This document shows positions 13,123 to 24,519 of a stretch of DNA of 43,035 nucleotides, piece after piece (the first letter of the stretch is position 1; every line of letters starts with the position of its first letter). Source of the DNA: Paraglomus brasilianum (lineage: Eukaryota); the NCBI GenBank assembly GCA_910592345.1, contig CAJVPI010000201.1, forward strand, positions 1-43,035, given 5' to 3'. Below the pieces are notes generated by a model, which saw nothing but the letters and a program-made list of their open reading frames with translations, had not been told where the DNA came from and ran no database searches. The position numbers and the translations under genes are program-made.

Positions 13123-14567
13123 AACTGAGGTACAACAACTTTATTGCATATTAATATAAAAGTAAAGCGCAAGCTTCTAATGGCGCGTCAATAATTTTGG
13201 AAAGAGCCAAAAAGCAAATAATCTTTCCAAAAGAAAGGAAGGAAAAAAGGGGTTAGTTTAATATTAATATGTGAAAAATAATTGCAAGAATTTGCTAGCC
13301 CTGAAATATTCAGAGTACGGTGACGAAAAAAGTAAGTTTAAAAACCTAATAACCGAAAAAAAAGAAAAGACAAAAATGAGCAACAAAAGTAACATTAAAG
13401 AATGTCGATGAGCGTAAAAAATTTTTTTGTCGCAAATTACAAATTAAAGATGACTGAATATGAATTAAAAAAAAAAGCAATTAATGGATCGGGAGAACCG
13501 ACTAATGTAACATTTATTCTTTGTAACGTAAATCTGTCACCATCCTAATGCAGTTTAGGAAAATCGATCATCTGCAGTATCGGACAACAACGTACATTCT
13601 CGGCATCCAATAAAAACAATAAAGCTTTTTTGGTCTTTGCCCTCGTTGTTTGTCTTTGGCCGATTGGTTACGTACACGTTGGCGTTTAAGAATTTCGAAG
13701 CTAGAGTATTCTGATGATCCTGGTGAACCAACAACAGTTCTGAAAATTTAGGATCTCCGTAAACCCCCTTAGGAGGAATTTTATTGGCTTCACGTGAACA
13801 AAGTAATAATACTACATATTCGCATTTTATTATAATTATTATAATTATATTGGCTCAACAAGTTTTTCAATAAAGATATAACTACTCTCTGTTAATCCTT
13901 TATATCAGTTGCACAAAGCGGTAGAATATTATCCCGTTAGCATAGTAATACAGAAGTAATGTTATCTGTGGCAATGCCTGTGTAGATATTAATATCCGTA
14001 ACCAAAGCGTATTTCTATGGTGGGAGCAATTCTACGCAAGATAAGGACATCCCGATATTGGTCCAATCCGTACCGTAAAATTCGAATCAAAGAAGGTTGA
14101 TTATATTAATGGCTTGCAATGTATGCTAGATTATATCGTTATTAATAATAACTACGCGCGTCTGTACAGCTCGTGGACATAAGACTTTGGGGGATACATA
14201 TTTGTCTTCTTGCAATGGATCCATGTGCATAGGTTAACCGTATTGGGCAATATCCGTTTTCAAAATGTCGATACCAACGATCTGAACATATAATAACGCT
14301 AAACCAATCGTCACTTGCAATAGTTGATCAATATGCAGCCTATAGATATGTTATAGCCCCGTGACGAATAGATACGACATTCTATGCATTATCATCCCTG
14401 ATGCTGTCCTTTTGTTACCATTTCAATTGCGTATTTTACTATTCCCTCCTCCTCCTGGCTATTGTGCGTTTGCTTCACTTGCGTTGTTATCATTATCACA
14501 TGCTTGGTTTTTAAGCAATGATTTGTAATAAATATTGACGTTAATACCTTGTATAATTGATTTTCAC

Positions 14568-14591
14568 ATATATATATATATATATATATAT
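14568..14591. repeat. (AT)12 microsatellite
   Basis: Direct reading. Confidence 0.95.
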
Positions 14592-14699
14592 TCTGTGTTA
14601 GAATCGACTTTCGTGCGAGGGCACAAACTTTAATTAATGAGAATATAAGAGAACTAGTAGATTGTCTTGCGGATCAAACAACTGTGATACCAACTAATA

Positions 14700-14935
14700 A
14701 TCATCATTGATAGTGGATCGAATAGCGTGGGATCAAAGGCTATGGGAAGAATGTGACGAAAAGGAGAAGGGGAAGGGGAAGAAGAAGAAGAAGAAGAAAA
14801 TGAATATGAACAAGATGAAAATGGACAAGATGATGGTGATGACGATGACGATGACGACGGTGATGAAAACGAAAATGAGAATGATGATGACGAATACGAC
14901 GACATACTTACTCTGTCGTGTATGATCTTTTTATA
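14700..14935 (+). pseudogene. Relic encoding an Asp/Glu-rich acidic tract
   Basis: GAA/GAT/GAC codon run giving GEGEGEEEEEENEYEQDENGQDDGDDDDDDDGDENENENDDDEYDDIL, preceded by an in-frame TGA and with no usable start. Confidence 0.35.
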
Positions 14936-15696
14936 AGGTGGGAATTATGAGAATCTGGTCGTATGTCAGATATTGTTTCCTGTGCTGCTTCGGGATAACA
15001 CTAACCATTTGGCGCGATAACTGTTTTATTTGACAATTAAATCAGGTTTATTTCATTATGACACTTGTACAATTCTGGATGTAATATACTTCCTTCACTG
15101 CCAAAGATAGACCATTATAAATAATCACTTCTATTAATAGACATATGGTTGCAAATCATGTGAGTTGGAATTCTATAACGAATACGTGATACCAAACAAT
15201 TGTATTATCTTTGATGTCACATAAAATGATCTAGACGCAGATATCTGGGCGTTTAATGAATGTCCACCATCAGCATTGACATACGTGGATTCTAATTATA
15301 ACTATTGCTGTGATGCACGTGTTATATTGTCGAGATTATATCAAAGTCTCTTATCAGCGGTTGTCACAGAAATAAAGTTGATTTCTATGGTGGCGGTGAC
15401 TTGTTACATTGATATTTATAGTATCTGAGTAACCAGCGATCCACCAATCGTTGCATATTAGCGTGGATTTATATATGGCATACTATATAAGAACATATAC
15501 AATATATATCCCATACACGTAGTATGATGCGTTATACACACATAATACAAATTGCACATCGTCTTGTCCTCCATACAGCCAGATGTGCAACAGACCCAGC
15601 CCCGTAAGTATTGTGCAATATATGTATATATAAGCCTTTGCCCTCCATTAACTGAAACTGGAAACAGGAGATAACGAAAGCGGATGCACCCTTGTT

Positions 15697-15706
15697 CTAT
15701 TTATAG
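15697..15706. promoter_or_regulatory. MEF2/Rlm1 consensus binding site CTATTTATAG
   Basis: Exact CTA(A/T)4TAG match upstream of the MEF2-type gene. Confidence 0.45.
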
Positions 15707-16660
15707 CTCACTTACAAATAATCGAATACATTAAAATACAGATCACACAAGTGTCCCAAACACAAAGAACTTGTATAAACGTAGAATAAAGCAAGCAAAG
15801 TAACACAGCTGCTGTGGTATAGTATAGTAATAGTGATTGTCTAATGTATATAAATTCCCGATAATATCGAACGTCACTCGCCCCCCTTTTTTCGTACTTG
15901 GTCATTTAGCTACACCCCGCAATCTATTGACCCACTGTGCTCTGCCTATCACCCAACCAAATCCCCACTTATTTTTAACCATTGCACCAGACTATTTTTC
16001 TATTTTTTTCCACCTCGTCCTCATAAATTCTTTTCTTATCTCTACGGAGTGTAAAAAAAGAACAGTGGTTACAAGTTCAGAGAAGTACGTTTAAGGTGAG
16101 AAGAAAGTTTACGTGTATATGTTAGAAGAGTAGCTATAAGGGCGGAAAAGTCAAGCAATGCTCATGTGTGTGAACGCTGGTTTTCATATATGCTATCCTT
16201 ACATGTTGTATTCTATGTACCATAAGCTGAAACAACATGCTGAGGTGCGCGCTAATGGTGAATAGTCTGATGTTGCTTACAAGTATAATTATACAAAGGA
16301 AAGAACAGTGGATAAAAGTTTATTGTGTAGACGCAGTAGATTAAAGCAATAGGTTATTAGTAATAGTAATGTCGGTATAAGATATTCAACCTAATGACTG
16401 TCTTTCGGTCATTATTTGTCGATCATAGAATGGCTTTAGCGAAAACTTATTTCTGACAGAGTTTGCGCTATCACGTATTGCTATATATTCAAGTCTCTGC
16501 GTTCGTTTCAGATAATGATACGATGTGTCAGCGGATATAAAACAATATGTTATAAAGTCTTGCGTGGGCTGGATGTCGATTTGGCTGTTTGCAACGATTT
16601 TAACTAACTTTCAACTTTACCACGTTTTCTCTCTCTGCAGCTTTTATTAATTGAACTACA

Positions 16661-18533
16661 ATGGGCCGCAAGAAGATTCAAATCAAGCCAATCAAAGATG
16701 AACGAAATCGCCAAGTAAATATATCCATATTTCAAACTTTATATACAGATTGTCGAATGTTGGAAGACGGCTATCTTGTTGAATATGTTATTAGTTTCTC
16801 ACCTCTTTTCCTACCGTTCTTAGGTTACATTCCTGAAAAGGAAGTATGGTCTAATGAAGAAAGCCTATGAGCTCAGTGTCTTGTGTGATTGTGAGATCGC
16901 ACTGATAATATTCAATTCGAACAATAAACTAGTTCAGTATGCAAGTACTGATATCGACAAGATTCTATTGAAGTACACTGAGGTAAGGATTAGTGTCGAG
17001 ACATGAGTAATAATTTTTTTCCCGATAACTTATATAAATTACGACTCGTTATTATTAACATACAGTATAGTGAACCACACGAAAGCAAAGGCAATCATGA
17101 TGTAAGTTGAACGAAGTCAAATGCTGCTGAATATGTTATTCATTCTAATTGATTATCATCTTTTCCAGTTCGCAAATACAGCAGACGTTGATGATGACGA
17201 TAACCCTCCAGCAACGGTATACGACCCTTCTTCGACCCCGGAGCAAAAGCAGGTATGTGTCAATCAGAAGACTGATCCAACGCGAAATGAAACACCACTA
17301 ACAGAAAGTTTTTGTTAATAGGCCACACCTCCGTCATATCAACATACTCCATACCACGTGAATTATACCAACAGCATGTATGCTCCATCACCCCAGCCAT
17401 ACATAGTTCAACAGGTGCAGCAAGTGACGGATCATGCTTCTGTCTTTAAATATTATCATTGCTAAGTTACTATAATGTACTTTGTGTACTTGTTCGCTAA
17501 TCACTGCATTAAACCTCTTACTCTTATAGCAACCACAATATTATGGACAAATGACCCAGGTGACCCCAATACCTCATCAATCAATGATGGCCATGTCCAT
17601 GCCAATGTCTGTTAACATTGCTCCCAACTCTCAATCCTCACTTTCCGCATCACCAATTCCCGCTCCACTACAGATGGGTGTGCCGATTTCAAATAATTCC
17701 TCGATGCCATCAACACAGTCATCCCTCTCATCAACCATGTCAAACACTATGACACAGGTAATACCAGGGGTAGTACAACAGACACAGCAGTCGCCTCAGT
17801 TACAACATTCATCAACACAAATGCACAGCCCGCAGATACGCCATTCACCACAGTTATCTCAAAGTGCGATGGAAACACCACCTAGCGGGAATGAATTAGT
17901 CAGTTCTCCGCCATTAGTATCGCCAACACCGAAAAAGCCAAAATTAAGAGTACAAATTCCAGAACAAAAGGACGGGAAAGGTGGGAATTGTGCACAATGT
18001 GTGATTGTCAAAGAGGATCCAACGCCGCGTGATCAGGATGAGACTCCTGAGGATTCTCAACAGATGCCCATGGTTTCGATGCCGGTAAGTTTTGTATTAT
18101 AAAAATACTTGGAAATTTGCGAGGGCGTTTATGTACAACTATCTTACCATCTCGAATTCTCTCTTCCCCTTATCTCAAATCCGCATTGCCCTAGCTCTCC
18201 ACTCGTCCGACACCAACTACTGCGGACGCAGGTCCAACATCAGCCTTAACATCCTCTCAATTCGGACCGAATCTTCCGTCTCCGTCCACGTTTTTCAACG
18301 AATTTTACAAATCAGAGCTCCCATCTCCACTAGCGTTTTCTCAAACTCCGACTAGTGCACAGACAAGCGCATTTCATTGGCCACCACATAGTAGGTCGCA
18401 AGCACACCACCCTTCGCCGCTAGCTAAACAAGATGGTGTATCGGGGAAGAATGTCAGGTCGGCACCTGGAGATGATGATGAAGTAAACGGGATTGGAAAC
18501 GGAGAACCCGAGAAGAAAAGGCTTAAAGTCTAA
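16661..18533 (+). CDS. MEF2-type MADS-box transcription factor (Rlm1/Smp1-like; 7 coding exons plus a probable 5'UTR intron of about 16085/16096-16640)
   Basis: [51 protein letters not shown]2 domain [24 protein letters not shown] docking-like [13 protein letters not shown] motifs; C-terminal NLS-like EKKRLKV. Confidence 0.95.
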
Positions 18534-20137
18534 GCAAATATATTATAGAGAACGGAGTGAATGGATAGAATTATAGAAGGGCAGGAAGTGTTGATGAATT
18601 GAATGGCCCCGGCTGTTAAAGGGAACATCGGATTATTGTAATTCCACCGATTAGCTACAAATCTAGCTACTTTTTCTTTTCTTTTTATTCATAATTGATG
18701 GACTTTTTTGTAAAAAGATTTTGAGCTTCCTTCCATTTTATTTTACCTTTTTAAAATTTAAATCAACTAAAGACATTTACCAGTTAGGTATAAAATGGAA
18801 TGGAGAGAAATTATCATCACTATTATCCTGATCTATAGTAGAGACGTTTTTGTTGATGGTGTAGTGGAACGAGAATTAAGTTGTACCGGTGGTTTTTTCT
18901 TGATATGGTGTATACTGTCCAACACTCATATTTTACTATTTGTATTATATTCTTATGGACCCCATTTATTTCACCTTTTCGCACAGTTCTTAATTACCTT
19001 TTACTTTTTCCAATCTATAAGACTATATTTTACTATTCGGACTTTCTCTCCCCCCCCCCTTTCGTAGGATAAGCAGCATTTCTGCTCATTTTCAACAGCA
19101 ATCAATCAGACATTATGCTATGCTTATTTTAATATTGCCTTGATAATCGAGTAGCCACTTTTGATCCCCTTTTCTTCATCTTTTTTTTTTTTCAGAACAA
19201 AGCCAGGAGAATGGACAGGTTGGTTAGCCTGTAAAACAATAAAGTATACAAATTCTATGCATAAGAAATGTAAATAAACTAGTGTTTTTCTTGAAATATC
19301 GCAATCACATGGTTGTCCTTGTTGGCTGACAGGTTCCATGGTCGAGGGACGCACAGAATGCCAGCGAACATGCAAGTTAAGAAGCCTGGTTTATAGTTTT
19401 ACGTGAAACCGTTGTACTCTATTTATTCGTATTATTGTAAACCACCCGTCGACTATTTATTATTATAATTATAGCATTAGCTTGTGTAAACTACGATATA
19501 ACTGGTTGTCAATAACAGTTATGACATTTAAAATTATTTATAGTTGGGTGAATTGCCATATTACAATATTACAATGTAAACTATTATTATGTTATTTTGG
19601 CTTTTTCGATCGCCTGCCATTATTAAGCAGCATAATAGTCATAGTACATGTCCGGACAGCAACAGACACAGGATGCTTACCATCTCTATTAGTACAATAC
19701 TTCGTCGCTACATATGTTCCTTAACGTGTGATAAAATATTATTAATATTAAGTACGTAACGAGTTTTATGAAAATCCTTGCTTCTGCATACAAGGGTTGC
19801 GCATATACATTTGTCCCGCATTCATATTCGGTAGGGCAATTAGCCGATGTTACATATTAATATTCTTTCAACTTTCTCATAACCATGATTGGTCGAGAAA
19901 ATAATGACGTTTAGTCGAAAATGATGACGTTGATTACTAAAACAATCTACAATATTCTTCTGGCTTGCATCATCAAAAGCACGACAATATTAAGATTACA
20001 TCACCGAGCGTACGTTGATTACACGTCAACAGGTCATCCAAACATAAATATAGGGTCGATGGAGGAAGAACGAAATCTGAAATCAGGGAAAATAACAACT
20101 CAATCAACAATTACCTACAAACGTCAATTTAATCAAA

Positions 20138-21751
20138 ATGACTATTCACTTCGAAGCAACCTACAACAAACAAACCAAGCATGTCATCGCCGAGTCCACC
20201 ACCTGGAGCGACCTCTCTTCAAAGCTCCGCATGCTATTCTCGATTCCATCCTCGAAAATGATAATCGTTTCGTACATCAATAAGGATGGGGATGCAATTG
20301 CATTGTCGAATGATTCGGATCTACGTGAACTTGCTTCACATGAAGGATCGACGGTTAAATTGACATTATCAACGGGTAGTGAGAAAGATGATAGTAGTGG
20401 GGATGAGAGCTGGATAGTTGAAGAAAGTAAATTTGGCGAAAATCCATTTTCCGATACGGAAGGTTCCGACAAGGCACGTTTGAATGCCAAATCTTCTATT
20501 GAACATACTGAATTCCCACCACTCACAAGCCCACCAAGTTATCGCTCAGTAACTCTAACGGACGAAAAGGACGAAGACGAACTCGACTCAACCACTCGCT
20601 CTGTCAACAAGGGTAAAGAAAAGGATGACTCACCGACACGTACCTTGTCGGATAATCCACATCCAGAGAACACGTCACGGCCACCATTTATGGATCTTGT
20701 AGAGCAATTCCAAAATATACTTGACCAATTTAAAGATGTTTTCGACCGAAATCCACAACTAATCGACAGTGTAAATGTTGTAATGGATCGTATCTTAGCT
20801 GGATCATTTGTAGATGTACAGGATTATACTGATTGGTTGGAGTCGTTCAGGAATTTTGGATTTGGAAAATTCGGGAAAGAGAAAGAGAATGCTTCTAGTA
20901 ATTGTGGATTTGGAAAATTCGGGAAAGAGAAAGAGAATGCTTCTAGTAATTGTTGCAATGATCAACGCAGTTGCCAAAATAGGTGTGGGAAAAATGCGAA
21001 TTGTAAACGAACGGCTAACCCAGAAAACGACAACTCGGAATCCTATGATAGGATCTACATAACGTTCCGCAGTCATCCACATCCAATGTTCGCCCCTAGA
21101 CCCGTGTTCGGTCATCCACTACTATATGCTCCATGGCATCATCGGACACCATTCAATGCATTCTATAGCAACCCATTCTTCACACCATTCTCATTTTTTG
21201 ATGATGACGACGCCGCATTTCGATATTTTACACCCTACACATACGCTCCATTTTATACTCCGAGGAGTATTCCAACTATATATGTTACAAGACCTCCTAC
21301 ATCCCCGGCGGACGAGAAACGAGCAGAGAGTTCAACCAAAGGCTCCGAGTCTGCAAAGACATGTAATTGGAAGAACGGGAGAAATAGATGTAACGGGGCA
21401 AGATTTGGGGCACCAATTGCGTCAGAAAGAAGTTGTAGGTATGCGTGCCGTCAGCGATCTGCATACAGCAACGGCAGTGGTAGCAATGCTGATGCCAATT
21501 TCAATGTGTCCGAGAAGATCACACTACTGAATGCAATGGGATTCGAAGACAATGTTCAGAATGAGGATTTACTAAAACGTTATAATGGGAATGTCGATCG
21601 TGTGGTTGAAGTGCTGTTGCAGCGTAAACAAGAAACGCTGAAGCAAGAGCAACAGAAGGAACAACCACGTCCGGATGGCGAAGAGAAAACTGAGGTCGAT
21701 GGTGATAACTTTAGCGAGGCTGAATCTAAACCATATAGTCTGAAAATTTAA
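20138..21751 (+). CDS. Intronless PB1 + UBA protein (p62/SQSTM1- or NBR1-like ubiquitin adaptor), 537 aa
   Basis: N-terminal PB1 with OPCA-like VSYINKDGDAIALSNDSDL; C-terminal UBA LNAMGFEDNVQNEDLLKRYNGNVDRVVEVL; no ZZ or FW domain recognisable. Confidence 0.8.
   Translation: MTIHFEATYNKQTKHVIAESTTWSDLSSKLRMLFSIPSSKMIIVSYINKDGDAIALSNDSDLRELASHEGSTVKLTLSTGSEKDDSSGDESWIVEESKFGENPFSDTEGSDKARLNAKSSIEHTEFPPLTSPPSYRSVTLTDEKDEDELDSTTRSVNKGKEKDDSPTRTLSDNPHPENTSRPPFMDLVEQFQNILDQFKDVFDRNPQLIDSVNVVMDRILAGSFVDVQDYTDWLESFRNFGFGKFGKEKENASSNCGFGKFGKEKENASSNCCNDQRSCQNRCGKNANCKRTANPENDNSESYDRIYITFRSHPHPMFAPRPVFGHPLLYAPWHHRTPFNAFYSNPFFTPFSFFDDDDAAFRYFTPYTYAPFYTPRSIPTIYVTRPPTSPADEKRAESSTKGSESAKTCNWKNGRNRCNGARFGAPIASERSCRYACRQRSAYSNGSGSNADANFNVSEKITLLNAMGFEDNVQNEDLLKRYNGNVDRVVEVLLQRKQETLKQEQQKEQPRPDGEEKTEVDGDNFSEAESKPYSLKI
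20858..20953 (+). repeat. Perfect 48-nt in-frame tandem duplication (GFGKFGKEKENASSNC x2)
   Basis: GGATTTGGAAAATTCGGGAAAGAGAAAGAGAATGCTTCTAGTAATTGT at 20858-20905 and 20906-20953. Confidence 0.95.
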
Positions 21752-22602
21752 ATAAGTTTATTCTGTATGTTTGTTAATATTTATACGATTAAAGATAGCT
21801 AAATGTTTCTTTAAGTGATATCTATAATTAATAAAAACACAATATTAGTTGTTGCAATATTTAGAATTTTATCCACTATGTGTTTGTTCCGAAACGTGTG
21901 AACACAATATAATGTTTGCATTCTGTTAAAGGCTTTTCCCGTACTCTATGATAATTTAATGTCAACGACTAGTAATCTGGTTGCGCGCGTCGTTAAAAAT
22001 TCACCAGGACTTGCAATTTTTGAAAGATGGTTTTATTAAATACAACAACCCTTCTGTTTACAAGTATTTGTTAAGATAAAGTGTTGACCATTCCCTGTTC
22101 CTCCAGAGGATACTAGCTATCGTCAATCTTACAAGTCAAACGAGAAGATGACACTACCACTCTTATCTGTTGTCTCGATTATTCTTAGTAAATCAAGTGT
22201 TTAATTTGTGTGTACTAATTTTAGCAAATTAAAATTTGTTTAACCGAGACAAAATACCAAAGCAATGAAAATACGACTAATCGACTTGGCACTGCCACTT
22301 CTCCGACTTTTGTCATAAACTAGATTTTAACGTAGGCAAGCCGAGAAATGCTCTACGAGTTTTAAAGAGCGAACAAAAGACCTAACTGTTGTCCAAATTA
22401 CTATGTTTTGTTGCTATTACTATATTGATCGAAACATTACCAACGCAAATTCAAATAAAAAAATATGCGGCATTTTTAAATTGATGCACATTTTTAATTC
22501 TTGGCATATATTCTTTGTATTAGTTACGATCGTTACTATATTAAGAGTAACGACAATCTTCAGCCAATTCTCGCCTCTTTCGCATTTTCTCTTTGCTTCA
22601 CA

Positions 22603-23674
22603 ATGCGAGCTTACCACCACGACGGTGACAACACAGCTGACCAACGCCTTCCGCACGAGTATACACCCTTTTCTCCAGTAACACCAGAAGAATTAGGTCG
22701 ACTCGGAGTGCTCTACTGGAGAATTGAAAAACGAGACGATTGGCTGGAGCAGATTAATGCTGTTGCTCAAGAAAGATCATACAGAAATCGTGATGTTGTG
22801 AGTGTAAATGAAGATACAGGAAAAAAAAGATAAAGAATAAATGTTGATACTTTATATTTTTGGTAACAATTATTGTAGATTAAAGTCTCCAAAGAAGCAA
22901 TGGGAGATGTGTATGAGAGCAAGTTGAAGACGTTCTACGAAGAGTATGTATGCTTATAGAATATTGAATCAGTAATAGCAGATAAACCGATGGTTAATCT
23001 TATTATTATGTTTGACTAAACCAGGCACCTCCATGAAGATGAAGAGATTCGCTATATTCTTGACGGATCAGGATACTTTGACGTGAGAGGTTGTAATTTA
23101 CAAACTATAGATAATTGCACAAGACATGAATTAAAACACACTTGACTTGAAAACACAACTTTACATTGTGCTCTTCTTCTTTGTCTTTTAGATGAACAAG
23201 ACCGATGGATTCGCATCGCTCTCACGACAGGCGACCTACTTGTCCTGGTGAGTATGCGTTTACGTTTATGACTGAATTCTGTGGAGAAATTGATAAACCC
23301 TAGTTAACCCTTCGTGCCGAATAATAGCCGGCAGGAATCTATCACCGCTTTACGCTTGATTCCAACAATTACATAGAAGCTATGAGTAAGTGAGAATGCA
23401 AAGTAACTGAGTTTATTTACATTATATCTTTATTTACTCATTCTATTTGTCTGTGTTGCTGCTCAATTTACTGTCGCTACGTATGTTAATTCTACAGGGC
23501 TTTTTAAAGACGAGCCGAAATGGACACCTATTAATCGTAAGACTTTGCTATGCAATCAAGTAATACGCATCATCTTAGTATCGTAGATCCTAATATTACC
23601 GTTCGATTATAGGCCCGGCCGACTCCAATCCATTCAGATTGTCCTATCTTCAATCGGTTAGAACCACTGTATAG
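22603..23674 (+). CDS. ADI1: Acireductone dioxygenase (methionine salvage), 7 exons
   Basis: [77 protein letters not shown]. Confidence 0.95.
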
Positions 23675-23939
23675 AGTGTTTATGAAATAACACGTGACCG
23701 GTTTATATTAGCATTTACATAATAATAAATGCTTTATCCAATGACTAAACAGAAATGCTAGTTCAATAGTAGCAATTATTATTATAAGCTAAGCAATCTG
23801 ATTAAAAACCCGATTTATTTATCAATAAAAATGTATGCTTATCCATCTCCTCAAAAACAAAGCTTCTCTCCAAGCCCATGTATTCGTCGATATATAATAC
23901 CAACCTAGTTAATTATCTGAATGCACACGAAATCCATAA

Positions 23940-24392
23940 CTATTTTCCTCCTTTCTTTTTACTCTTCTGGTTTGCTTTGGCCATCTTTGCGGCCTCCTTA
24001 GCGCTCAATTCTGGCAACTTCTCATCTGATTCCAAAAATTCCAATCCAAAATCCGTCTCACCGTATCGTGAACTGAATTTCGATAATTGACCACTTTCAT
24101 CGAATAAACCCACACCATCAGAGTATTCATTCCATAGCGGATGGTTTCGCGTATCCTTTACCAGCTTGACCTGTGGTTTCGGAGACGTCGTGTGATAGAC
24201 ATAGGACGAGCCGTCGGTTAGGAATACGCGTTGGACGAATTTGGGAGGAATTGGCTTGGATTGTTTGGTGCTATAATAGAGAGGGCGGGGTAAAGTTAAA
24301 GATAAAGATAAAGATAAAGGAGCAGGATAAGTGTGAGGGGAGAGAGAATGGCATGCTTTGTATGGACGGAGAATGGCACGGAATGATTGCAT
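23940..24392 (-). CDS. MRPL36: Mitochondrial ribosomal protein bL31m (MrpL36-like), intronless
   Basis: Presequence-like N terminus; QRVFLTDGSSY..TTSP...LVKDTRNHPLWN signature of fungal bL31m. Confidence 0.85.
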   Translation of the reverse strand: MQSFRAILRPYKACHSLSPHTYPAPLSLSLSLTLPRPLYYSTKQSKPIPPKFVQRVFLTDGSSYVYHTTSPKPQVKLVKDTRNHPLWNEYSDGVGLFDESGQLSKFSSRYGETDFGLEFLESDEKLPELSAKEAAKMAKANQKSKKKGGK

Positions 24393-24519
24393 GGTTAAGT
24401 TATCGTTCTTATTGAAATCTACAAATTCCTAACTATTTGCACGACAATATGATTGGTGGATCAAAGTTTGATTATTTCCTGCTCATTTTCACATACTTGT
24501 ACTGTTTAGTCTCTCAAGC
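24393..24519. promoter_or_regulatory. Bidirectional promoter between bL31m and NDUFS3 (127 bp between start codons)
   Basis: Divergent ATGs at 24392 (-) and 24520 (+); ATTGG (reverse CCAAT) near 24452. Confidence 0.6.

Noticed and set aside
14654..14925. Lys/Met-rich ORF 14707-14925 and Ser-rich ORF 14654-14905
   Set aside because: These are alternative-frame and antisense shadows of the GAA/GAT acidic tract
18795..19724. Hydrophobic short ORFs downstream of the MADS gene
   Set aside because: T-rich 3'UTR or intergenic sequence gives Phe/Ile/Leu-rich spurious ORFs with no motif support
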